Below are positions 27,271-36,021 of a stretch of DNA of 64,000 nucleotides, in pieces. A program made the translations under genes and the position numbers. How positions within the stretch are numbered: position 1 is the first letter of the stretch; each line of letters opens with the position of its first letter. The notes below the pieces were generated by a model, which worked only from the letters and a program-made list of their open reading frames with translations, had not been told where the DNA came from and searched no databases. The stretch comes from an uncultured bacterium. Its GTDB lineage: Bacteria; Edwardsbacteria; AC1; EtOH8. The stretch lies in the NCBI GenBank assembly GCA_963780225.1, contig CAWAAX010000026.1:13403-77402 (forward strand), written 5' to 3'.

Positions 27271-27753
27271 ATGTTCCTGAAAAAACTTTGCGCCAAGGCC
27301 TTCCCCAAGTCGCTGTGGATCTATCACGTCAACACCGGGTCCTGCAACGGCTGTGACATCGAGATCGTGGACGTGATCACCCCCTATTACGACGCCGAGC
27401 GCTTCGGGATCAAGCTGGCCGGAAGCCCCCGCCACGCCGACATCATGCTGGTGTCCGGGCCGGTGACCAGGCAGGCCCTGCCGTCCTTAAAGCGGGCCTA
27501 CGAGGCCATCCCCGACCCCAAGATCGTGATCGTGGTGGGCTCCTGCGGGGCCGGCGGCAACCTGTGGTTTGACACCTATAACGTCACCGGCGGGGTGGAC
27601 AAGGTGATCCCGGTCAACTACTACATCCCGGGCTGCCCGCCCCGGCCCGAGGCCATCCTCTACGGCGTGGCAGTGGCCCTGGGGCTGGCCCCCAAGAAGG
27701 TTAAGGGCGAGGAGTCGGTGGAAGGGCCGATAAGGGAGGGAATGTGGAAATGA
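27271..27753 (+). CDS. hyfI: [NiFe]-hydrogenase small subunit, NuoB-like (HyfI/HycG/EchC-type)
   Basis: Four Cys for the proximal 4Fe-4S cluster (SCNGCD, GSCGAGG, GCPPRP). 160 aa. Confidence 0.85.
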   Translation: MFLKKLCAKAFPKSLWIYHVNTGSCNGCDIEIVDVITPYYDAERFGIKLAGSPRHADIMLVSGPVTRQALPSLKRAYEAIPDPKIVIVVGSCGAGGNLWFDTYNVTGGVDKVIPVNYYIPGCPPRPEAILYGVAVALGLAPKKVKGEESVEGPIREGMWK

Positions 27754-28667
27754 AACAACTGAATGCAAAATGCAAAATGCAAATAGCAAAAGGCCAAGGG
27801 ATCCATTTTGGTAAATTTGCAATTTACACTTTAATATTTTCACTTTGCATTGTCGGCTTTGCCGGTTGCGGAAACATCTCCCGGGGCAGCCTCAGCCAGG
27901 AAGCGGTGAAGATGGCGGTGCTGCCGGCCTATTCCACCGCTTTGACCGGCCAAAAATACCTGCCGCTGCTTAACTATCTCTCCCGGGAGACCGGTTACGA
28001 GGTCCAGTACATCTGGGGGCAGAGTTACGCCGGGCTGGGCGCAGCCATCGAGACCTCGGGGGCGGACTTCGTGATCTGCGATCCCTTGTCCTATCTGACC
28101 CTGCAGAAGACCCACCGGGCCAGACCGCTGGTGATCAGCGCTGTGTCCCTTGGCCGGACCGAAACGCAGGGCCTGATCTTCGTCCCGCAGGGTTCGGACA
28201 TCGCCGGTCCTTCAGCCCTTAAAGGCAAATTAGTGGCCATAGCGTCCATGCAGTCCTCCGATGGTTTTTTATCCCAGGCCTGCTACCTTAGATCTCTGGG
28301 CCTTTTGCCGGGAAGGGATTACCGGCTGTTGATCTGCGGCACCATGGATGAAGTGGTCAAAAAAGTGGCCGAAGGCAAGGCCCAGGCAGGTTTCGGCGGA
28401 ACAGGAATTCTGGACCAGTTGATGGCCGAAAAGCTGGTCTCCCTGGCCAGCACCGATCCGGTGCCGGGCTGGCTGTGCCTGAGCCTGAAGGGCGATAATT
28501 ACGAGGTGGAGGAAAAACTGACCCAGGCTTTCCTGCGGCTCAGTCAGGAGAATCCTGAACAGAAAAAGATACTGGACGGGCTGGGGTATTACGGTTTTGC
28601 CAGCCCGCAAGGTGCAGATATCAACGGTCTGGCGGAAAAGGCCCGGAGTCTGAACGTTCCATTCTAA
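27744..28667 (+). CDS. Periplasmic binding protein, PhnD/SsuA-like (type II PBP) lipoprotein
   Basis: Signal peptide ending ..FAGCGN, then ..MAVLPAYSTALTGQKYLPLLNYLSRETGYEVQYIWGQSYAGLGAAIETSGADFVICDP.. Confidence 0.55.
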   Translation: MEMKQLNAKCKMQIAKGQGIHFGKFAIYTLIFSLCIVGFAGCGNISRGSLSQEAVKMAVLPAYSTALTGQKYLPLLNYLSRETGYEVQYIWGQSYAGLGAAIETSGADFVICDPLSYLTLQKTHRARPLVISAVSLGRTETQGLIFVPQGSDIAGPSALKGKLVAIASMQSSDGFLSQACYLRSLGLLPGRDYRLLICGTMDEVVKKVAEGKAQAGFGGTGILDQLMAEKLVSLASTDPVPGWLCLSLKGDNYEVEEKLTQAFLRLSQENPEQKKILDGLGYYGFASPQGADINGLAEKARSLNVPF

Positions 28668-28705
28668 AGTGATCCTAATATCCCGACCAATAACATAAAG
28701 ATGAT

Positions 28706-30493
28706 ATGAAACAGACCTTTACCATTTGCCCCCATTGCGGCTGCGGCTGCGGCCTTTATCTGGTTCAGCAGGATGGCCGGACCGGAGGAGTGACCGCCAG
28801 CCAGGAACACTATTTTTCGGCCGGGCAGCTTTGCGCCCGGGGCTGGACCGGTTATCAGTTGTTATGGTCGCCGCTCCGGATAAAGACCCCGCTCTACAAG
28901 AAGAACGGCGGGCTGGCTCCCATCGGCTACGACAAGGGGCTGGAGGCCGCGGCCAAGAAGCTCAGATCCATCAAGGAAAAGCACGGCCCCCAGAGCATCG
29001 GGGTCATCGCCTCCTCCCGGCTGACGGTGGAGGAAGCCCAGGCCCTGCGCTCGTTCGCCAAAGACATTCTGGAAACCCCGAATTGCGACAGCGCCGCCCG
29101 GCTTGGGTACCTGCCGATGGAATTCCCGAAAACAGCCGCCACCACTGACATTGCCGGAGCCGACCTGATCCTGGTGCTGGGCGCAAACCTGATGGAAGAG
29201 AACCCCATGCTGGGGGCCAGGGTGGTCTCGGCCTGCAAGCCTGAGGCCGACCGGCCCTATCAGTCGGCCGACCTGAACCACGTCATCGCCGGCAAGCCGG
29301 CCCGGCTGGCGGTGATGGACAGCCGCAAAAGCGCGCTGGCCGGTGCGGCGGAATTGTTCCTGAAGACCGTTCCCGGCAATGAGGCCGGGGCGCTGCTGGC
29401 CCTGCTTAAAGTATTGATCGAAAAATACCAGATGGAATCCAAGGATCCGGCCTTCCGCAAGGTCAAGGAAGCCTTGGCCAAGATGACCTGGGAGAACCTG
29501 CTGTCCAACACCGGGCTGGTGCTGCCGGGCCTGGAGCAGCTGGGGGCCATGATCGCCTCCGCCAAGGCTCCGATGTTGATCTTCGGCCGCAGCCTGTTCA
29601 CCGGCCACGATGCGGCGGCGGCCCGCTCGGCCCTGGCCGGCCTGTCGCTGCTTCTGCCGGAAAAACTTTCGGTGCTTCAGGCCGCCGCCGCCGCCAACGA
29701 CTGGGGGTGCGCCCGGATCCTGCATCCGGACAAGGGCCAAGGCTATCTGGAGATGATGGAATCATTAACCTCCGGGAAACTAAAAGCCCTGGTGCTGGTG
29801 GGCGAGGACCCCCTGAAGACGCTGGGCGGAAAAGAGGGGGTTTCCCAGGCCCTGGCCCAGGCCGAGCTGGTGGTGGCCTTCGATCATTTTGTCTCCGAGA
29901 GCCATCAGTACGCCGAAGCGGTATTCCCGCTGGCCCTGTCCTTTGAAAAGGAAGGCTCGTTCTGCAACCTGGACGGTAAAAGGCAGAAATTCGAGCAGGC
30001 GCTCAAGCCGGAATTTGAGATCAAATCCCTGGAGGATTCCTTGAAGGCCATGGCATCAGTGATCGGCGGAAAACTGGATCCCAAGGATGAACTTACCCAG
30101 CCGGCCAAGGCCGGGTGGGATGCGGCCTTCGATCTGTCCAAAGCGGCTCCCCAGGGCTTTGTGCTGGAACTGGGCACGGCCTATCCCCATCTTTACGGGG
30201 ACGACCAGCTGACCTTCAACAGCTATCACCTGACCCGCGAATTTGCAGGCAACTACGTGGAACTGCATCCCGATGACATCAAGGAACTGGGGGTCAGGGC
30301 GGGATGGAAGATCAATGTCACTTCAGCTGCCGGAAGCCTGGTGGCCACGGCCCGGGCCAATCCCGATCTGGTGAAAAAGACCGCCTTCATGCCGGTCCAC
30401 TTCGGCGGCAACCTGCTGGCCCCGGCCAAGCCCAACCACCACCTGAAGACCCCGCAGCTGAGGGGCATCGCGGTCAAGATAGAGAAGACCTGA
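28706..30493 (+). CDS. Molybdopterin-oxidoreductase family protein, FdhF (formate dehydrogenase H)-like, apparently without the catalytic Cys/Sec
   Basis: The N-terminal 4Fe-4S motif (CPHCGCGCG...LCARGW) aligns with FdhF as far as KTPL and IKEKHGPQSIG. At the position of FdhF's VCH/VUH the sequence reads NCDSAARLGY. At 595 aa it is shorter than FdhF (715 aa). Confidence 0.7.
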   Translation: MKQTFTICPHCGCGCGLYLVQQDGRTGGVTASQEHYFSAGQLCARGWTGYQLLWSPLRIKTPLYKKNGGLAPIGYDKGLEAAAKKLRSIKEKHGPQSIGVIASSRLTVEEAQALRSFAKDILETPNCDSAARLGYLPMEFPKTAATTDIAGADLILVLGANLMEENPMLGARVVSACKPEADRPYQSADLNHVIAGKPARLAVMDSRKSALAGAAELFLKTVPGNEAGALLALLKVLIEKYQMESKDPAFRKVKEALAKMTWENLLSNTGLVLPGLEQLGAMIASAKAPMLIFGRSLFTGHDAAAARSALAGLSLLLPEKLSVLQAAAAANDWGCARILHPDKGQGYLEMMESLTSGKLKALVLVGEDPLKTLGGKEGVSQALAQAELVVAFDHFVSESHQYAEAVFPLALSFEKEGSFCNLDGKRQKFEQALKPEFEIKSLEDSLKAMASVIGGKLDPKDELTQPAKAGWDAAFDLSKAAPQGFVLELGTAYPHLYGDDQLTFNSYHLTREFAGNYVELHPDDIKELGVRAGWKINVTSAAGSLVATARANPDLVKKTAFMPVHFGGNLLAPAKPNHHLKTPQLRGIAVKIEKT

Positions 30494-30712
30494 GAGATAG
30501 TTTGAAACTGACTTCCGGTAACGGACAATAATCATCCCAACCATCGTTCGATCATGGTGCGGGCAGCTGCAAAGGCAGGCCTGTTCGCACCGTTTCTATA
30601 CCCCAAAGGGAACCAGGTATTTTTCCTGGTTGACATGAGGGCTTATTTGTATTATCCTTATGGGTCGTAACGATAAGATGGTGTACCAAGGAAACATGGA
30701 TTTCACCCAGGT

Positions 30713-31115
30713 ATGTTCTTTACTTCGTCAGTAAAGCACAGCACCCATCTCAGCACGGCGTTTCTTTTTTGTGCCGCCCCTTTCGTTTGCATGGCAAGGA
30801 GGCATACTCAGGGCAGGCTCCCAGAAAAAGAACTTAAACATGTCCTGAGATGACATCGTGCTTAGCTAATCGAAGGAAAGCTCGTCGCAAAATACTATCC
30901 GGGCCACGCTTACGCTAAAGCTTCAGCGGGCCCGCGTTGCGCTTCTCGCTGACGGCGGGCTTGTCTGAACTCGGGCTTTTGCCAAGCCCTCAAACAGGCG
31001 CAGACAAGCTTTTAACCGCCGTCAACTGCGATGCTCACTGATAGTATTTAACGCGACAACCAGGGTTGGTCCCGGTTGATCAACGAATTCCCCGAGATAA
31101 TTGGATAATCATTTG
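30713..31115. repeat. Copy B of the ~370-bp inverted repeat (reverse complement of 1120-1491), with a ~30-nt insertion
   Basis: See copy A. It ends 41 bp upstream of gatE. Confidence 0.85.
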
Positions 31116-31155
31116 GGTCATCTATAAATCATCATTAAGCTAAATAAACATTTTC

Positions 31156-33120
31156 ATGAGTTCAAAGTTAAATCCGCAGGATAACTACCGGGCCACCCTG
31201 GCCTCCACCGGATATGTTCCGATCAAAGAGGCCACCCAGGCCACCTACGACGCCATCGGCTTCATGTCGGGGCTGGAGGTGCACCAGCAGCTGCTGACCG
31301 ACCAGAAGCTGTTCTGCCGCTGCCCGGCCGGACGTTTTCAGAAGTCAGACGACTACGACGCCGAGATCGTCCGCCACATGCGGCCCACCCTTTCGGAGCT
31401 GGGGGAATACGACGGCACCGCTTTGATGGAGTTCCGGACCCGGAAGAACATCGTCTACCGCATCAAGAGCCCCACCGCCTGCACCTACGAGGTGGACGAC
31501 ACCCCGCCCTTCCCCCTGAACCGCCAGGCGCTGGAGATCGCCATCGAGATAGCCCTGCTCTCCAAGCTGAACCTGGTGGGCGAGGTCCACATCGCCCGCA
31601 AGCAGTACCTGGACGGCAGCATCCCCACCGGGTTCCAGCGCACCGCCATCATCGGGGTGGAGGGCTCGATCCCGCTGAAGCACAAGAAGGTCCGCCTGAT
31701 CCAGCTGTCGCTGGAGGAGGACTCCTGCCGCGAGGTCTCGGACATCGGCCACCTCCGGATCTACCGCACCGACCGGCTGGGCATGCCGCTGATAGAGACC
31801 GTGACCTATCCCGACATGAAAAACCCGGACGAGGTGAAGGAGGCCTGCGACTACATCCGCTTTTTGAACCGCAGCACCGGCAAGGTCCGCACCGGCATCG
31901 GGGCGGCCCGCCAGGACGTCAACGTCTCCTGCACCGGCGGCACCCGGGTGGAACTGAAGGGGGTCTCCCACACCAAGTGGATACCGCTTTTGACCCACAA
32001 TGAATGCTTCCGCCAGTGGGCTTTGCTGAAGATCCGCGATCTGCTCAAGAATAAGGTGAAACAGCCCAAGGACTGGAAGATGGTTTCCGAGCCGCTGAAA
32101 TCCCTATCCGGGAAGCTGGAGAGCCCGCGGGCCAGGGAACTTTTCAGCAACGGGAACAAGGTGATGGCGGTGAACCTGCCGGGATTTCATGGCATCCTGT
32201 CGCATTTTACCCAGCCGGGTAAATGCTTCGCCGACGATTTCTCGGAACGGCTGAAGGTGATCGCCTGCATCGAGAGACCGAACATGACCAGCTCCGAGGC
32301 ACTGGAGCCGGTGCTTTCGGACAAAGACTGGGACCAGGTCCGGACCCTGCTCCGCTCCTCTGATGGCGACGCCCAGATAGTCTTCTGGGGGCCGGAGGCG
32401 GACATCAAGACCGGACTGGAGACCATCGACGAGCGATGCCGGCTGGCCTTTGCTGGGGTGCCCAACGAGACCAGAAAAACATTTGAGGACGGGACCACCA
32501 TCTTCGAACGGGTGCTGCCCGGGGCCGACCGGATGTACCCCGACACCGATTCCAAGCCCATCCCGCTGGAGGACTCCCGGATCGAGGAGATCAGGAAGAT
32601 GGTGCCCAGCGAGGTGGCCGACCGCTACCGGCAGTTGAAGGACTGGGGCGTGCCGGAGGATTGCTATACCTACATCTTTGTCCGGAACCTGTATCCGGTG
32701 ATCGAGAAGATAGTCAAAGAACTGGGACAGGATCCCAAGACCGTAGGGGGTGTTTTCGGGCATCTTTTGAAGAACATCGAGGGACACTACCAGAGGTCGC
32801 CGGATTTCTCGTACGACCGCATCTATGACCTGTACAAATACGTAAAGGATAGCAAGCTGGATACCGAGATAGTCAAAACCATGCTGCCGGTGGTGTACCA
32901 GTATCCCAAGATGGACTTTGATTCGGTGCTGGTGAACCTTGAATTCAAGCGGTTCTCCAAGGATGAAGTAGTTTCCAAGATCCCGTTCCTGAAAGATAAA
33001 TACAAGAGCATCAAGACATCTAAACTTCCTGTGGCCGAGAAACACTGGGTCATGGGACAACTGAGAAAAATGGCAGTAGGGAATATTCCTCTGAAAGAAT
33101 TGATGGGAAGCATTGGTTAG
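31156..33120 (+). CDS. gatE: Glutamyl-tRNA(Gln) amidotransferase subunit E (archaeal-type GatE)
   Basis: The N-terminus has ..GLEVHQQLLTDQKLFCRCPA.. and the GatB/E core, and the protein is 654 aa. The final ~50 codons are low GC, and an alternative C-terminus remnant lies at 34258-34413. Confidence 0.8.
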   Translation: MSSKLNPQDNYRATLASTGYVPIKEATQATYDAIGFMSGLEVHQQLLTDQKLFCRCPAGRFQKSDDYDAEIVRHMRPTLSELGEYDGTALMEFRTRKNIVYRIKSPTACTYEVDDTPPFPLNRQALEIAIEIALLSKLNLVGEVHIARKQYLDGSIPTGFQRTAIIGVEGSIPLKHKKVRLIQLSLEEDSCREVSDIGHLRIYRTDRLGMPLIETVTYPDMKNPDEVKEACDYIRFLNRSTGKVRTGIGAARQDVNVSCTGGTRVELKGVSHTKWIPLLTHNECFRQWALLKIRDLLKNKVKQPKDWKMVSEPLKSLSGKLESPRARELFSNGNKVMAVNLPGFHGILSHFTQPGKCFADDFSERLKVIACIERPNMTSSEALEPVLSDKDWDQVRTLLRSSDGDAQIVFWGPEADIKTGLETIDERCRLAFAGVPNETRKTFEDGTTIFERVLPGADRMYPDTDSKPIPLEDSRIEEIRKMVPSEVADRYRQLKDWGVPEDCYTYIFVRNLYPVIEKIVKELGQDPKTVGGVFGHLLKNIEGHYQRSPDFSYDRIYDLYKYVKDSKLDTEIVKTMLPVVYQYPKMDFDSVLVNLEFKRFSKDEVVSKIPFLKDKYKSIKTSKLPVAEKHWVMGQLRKMAVGNIPLKELMGSIG

Positions 33121-33152
33121 GGGTTAGCCGCCATTAAGATTGATAGATGAAC

Positions 33153-34220
33153 ATGAAAGATCAGCAAATCAAGGACAGGGGTTTGATTAAAACGCGCCAA
33201 CCCGAGAAAAACCTTTATGCCAAGATTCGAGCGATCATTGAGAAGGCGCGCGGCAATGTGGCGAGGGCTGTCAACACGGAAATGCTGGCGGCGTATTGAC
33301 AGGTTGGGAGAGAAATTGTGGAAGAGGAACAGCGCGGGAAGGTTCGCGCCGGTTACGGTGAAAAGGCATTAAGACGGATATCGGAAAAGCTGATGGCTGA
33401 TTTTGGAAAAGGCTTTGATGAGTCAAACCTGCGCAACATAAGGCAATTCTATCTGGCCTATCCAAAACGTGACGCACTGCGTCACGAATTAAGCTGGACA
33501 CATTACCGCATTCTAATGCGGGTGGAGAACCCCGGGGCGAGGTCTTTCTATGAAATTGAATGCGTTAAAAATAGCTGGTCTGCCCGTGAACTGGAACGTC
33601 AAAAAGGTTCTCTTTTGTTTGATCGGCTGGCTTTGAGCAAAGACAAAAAGGGCCTTATAAAACTGGCGCAAAAGGGGCAGGAGATCCAGAGCTACGCCGA
33701 CATGATAAAAGACCCCTATGTCTTGGAATTCACCGGGCTTTCCCCGCAGTCGAAGCTTTATGAAAGCTCCCTGGAACAAGCCCTGATAGATAACCTTTCC
33801 AGATTTTTGCTTGAATTGGGCAAGGGATTCACCGTTGTCGCCCGGCAAAAGAGGATTTCGCTGGATGGGGACCACTTCCATATCGATCTTGTTTTCTACA
33901 ACACCATTCTGAAATGCTATGTGATCATTGACTTAAAGATCGGCAAGCTGGCGCATCAGGATATCGGACAGATGCAGATGTATGTTAATTATTATGACAG
34001 GGAAGTCAGGCAAAACGACGACAATCCCACGGTGGGGCTTATTTTATGCGAGGATAAAAAAGACGCGGTTGTTCGTTACACTCTTTCCAAAGACAATAGG
34101 CAAATATTCGCATCGCGGTATAAATTGTATTTACCCAGCGAGAAGGAATTGCTGTGCGAATTAAGAAAGGACCGCCGCTTGCTGGAAGAATCCGGGCGGA
34201 CAGACAAACGGGTAAAATAA
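33153..34220 (+). pseudogene. DUF1016/YhcG-like PD-(D/E)XK nuclease-domain protein with an in-frame TGA at codon 49
   Basis: MKDQQIKDRG...NTEMLAAY then TGA (33297-33299) then QVGREIVEEEQRGK... The stop falls where family members have a conserved Trp (AAYWQVG). An alternative GTG start is at 33318. About 45% GC. Confidence 0.6.
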
Positions 34221-34257
34221 CAAACGGAATTGGATGGAAGCAATTCTCTAAGGGAAT

Positions 34258-34413
34258 ATACTTTACCAGATGCCGGGCCTGAATGAGAAGCACATGGGCA
34301 TCAGAACATCAAACCTACCGGAAGCCGAGAAACACTGGGTCATAGGGCAATTGATGAAGCCGGCGTTGGGGAACATTAAACTGGCAGATCTTTGGAACCT
34401 GATCAAAGCCTAA
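34258..34413 (+). other. Displaced duplicate of the gatE 3' end (last ~50 codons)
   Basis: It translates to ILYQMPGLNEKHMGIRTSNLPEAEKHWVIGQLMKPALGNIKLADLWNLIKA*, which aligns with the GatE C-terminus KIPFLKDKYKSIKTSKLPVAEKHWVMGQLRKMAVGNIPLKELMGSIG*. Confidence 0.65.
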
Positions 34414-34453
34414 TACGGTCAACCTGAAAACAGCAATTGAGAACCAGACGATA

Positions 34454-35839
34454 ATGAACGACGATTTCTTCCAAGGCTACAAAGGCGGGGGGCTGGAGGT
34501 CCTCAAGAAATTCAACGTCCGGGTGTGGGGACAGGCCGAGGTGCTTACCAGCCGCGGGCATTTCAAGGGCACGGTACTGCCCCGGTCGGAGAGCGACGAC
34601 GACCAGCACATAGTGCTGAAGATAGCCACCGGCTACAATGTGGGCATAGACATCGCCACCATCACCGGGATGACCGAGACCGGCTACAAGAAGGCCAACT
34701 ACAAGATCCCGGAGAAGGAGTTCCCCATCACCCCCGGCCTGCCCAAGGTAAAACTGCTGGGGACCGGGGGCACCATCGCCAGCCGGCTTGATTACCGCAC
34801 CGGCGCGGTGATCCCGGCCTTCACTCCGGGCGAGCTCTATGGCGCGGTGCCGGAGCTGGCCGACATCTGCAATTTGTCCACCGAAAAACTGTTCGCCGTC
34901 TTTAGTGAAAACATGGGGCCGGAGCAGTACAAGAAGCTGGCGGTGGCCATCGGCAAGGAGATCGAGAACGGGATCGACGGCATCGTGATCGGCCACGGCA
35001 CCGACACCCTGCATTACACCGCGGCCGCCCTGACCTACATGGTCCAGAACCCGCCGGTGCCCATCGTTTTGGTAGGCTCCCAGCGCTCCTCCGACCGCCC
35101 CAGCTCCGACGCCGCCCTGAACCTGATGCACGCCACTACCGCCGCCGGGCACGGGGACATCGCCGAGGTGATGGTCTGCATGTTCGGGCCCACCTCCGAC
35201 GAATACGGCTTTCTGCACCGGGGCACCCGGGTCCGCAAGATGCACTCCTCCTACCGTTCCACCTTCCGCACCATCGGGGACACCCCGCTGGCCACAGTTA
35301 CCCGCCAGGGGGTCAAGCCCATCAAGCAGGATTACCATCCCCGGCGCAAGGACCGCCAGGTCAAGATCATGCCCTACTTTGAGGAGAAGATAGGAATGAT
35401 CTACTATTACACCAACATGCAACCGGACATGATAGACTCCATGGTGGACAGCGGCTACAAGGGGATCATCATCATCGGCACCGGATTGGGGCACGTCAAC
35501 AAGCCGCTGTACCCGGCCATCGAACGGGCGGTGGCCAAGGGGGTCCACATCTTCATGACAGTGCAGACACTGTGGGGCTACGTCCACATGTTCGTCTATG
35601 ACACCGGGCGCGATCTGATGGCCAAGGGAGTGGTGCCGCTGGAGAACATGCTTCCCGAAGCCGCCTACATCAAGCTGGGCTGGGTGCTGGGACAGACCCA
35701 GGACCGGGAGGAAGTAAACCGGATGATGCTGGCGCCGGTCAGCGACGAGATTACCCCCCGGGAGCCCTATAACGGGTATCTGATCTATCAGGGCGGGGTA
35801 CCCGAGGTGGAGGAGTTCATCAGGAAGGTGCATAAGTAA
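34454..35839 (+). CDS. gatD: Glutamyl-tRNA(Gln) amidotransferase subunit D (archaeal-type GatD; asparaginase-like domain)
   Basis: Asparaginase-fold signature KLLGTGGTIASR, IVIGHGTDTLHYTAAAL, and 461 aa. Confidence 0.8.
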   Translation: MNDDFFQGYKGGGLEVLKKFNVRVWGQAEVLTSRGHFKGTVLPRSESDDDQHIVLKIATGYNVGIDIATITGMTETGYKKANYKIPEKEFPITPGLPKVKLLGTGGTIASRLDYRTGAVIPAFTPGELYGAVPELADICNLSTEKLFAVFSENMGPEQYKKLAVAIGKEIENGIDGIVIGHGTDTLHYTAAALTYMVQNPPVPIVLVGSQRSSDRPSSDAALNLMHATTAAGHGDIAEVMVCMFGPTSDEYGFLHRGTRVRKMHSSYRSTFRTIGDTPLATVTRQGVKPIKQDYHPRRKDRQVKIMPYFEEKIGMIYYYTNMQPDMIDSMVDSGYKGIIIIGTGLGHVNKPLYPAIERAVAKGVHIFMTVQTLWGYVHMFVYDTGRDLMAKGVVPLENMLPEAAYIKLGWVLGQTQDREEVNRMMLAPVSDEITPREPYNGYLIYQGGVPEVEEFIRKVHK

Positions 35840-35847
35840 ATAATGAT

Positions 35848-35878
35848 TAAAGCCCCGTTAACGCGGGGCTTTTTTCTT
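35848..35878 (+). terminator. Rho-independent terminator after gatD
   Basis: AAAGCCCCGttaaCGCGGGGCTTTTTTC. Confidence 0.6.
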
Positions 35879-36021
35879 TTCCCAAAACCGCCCTAAAATA
35901 TCTTTAATAAATTGCTTGCTTTAAACGGCTTATTGGTATAAAATATACTGTTATACTCCATAGCTATGCCTGCCCATAAAATTCCATAAGTAGCCATTAC
36001 TGGCGCAAGGAGCACGATATA

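Noticed and set aside
30632-30665. Sigma-70 promoter TTGACA..TATTAT reading into inverted-repeat copy B
   Set aside because: The spacing between the hexamers is about 14 nt, which is too short. It is mentioned only as a weak candidate
3460-33299. Alternative genetic code or stop-codon recoding, suggested by the in-frame TAA at 3460 and TGA at 33297
   Set aside because: TAA and TGA act as ordinary terminators at the ends of ordinary genes across the window, for example 990 and 2420. The high GC content does not fit known TGA-recoding lineages. Pseudogenisation or consensus error is more economical
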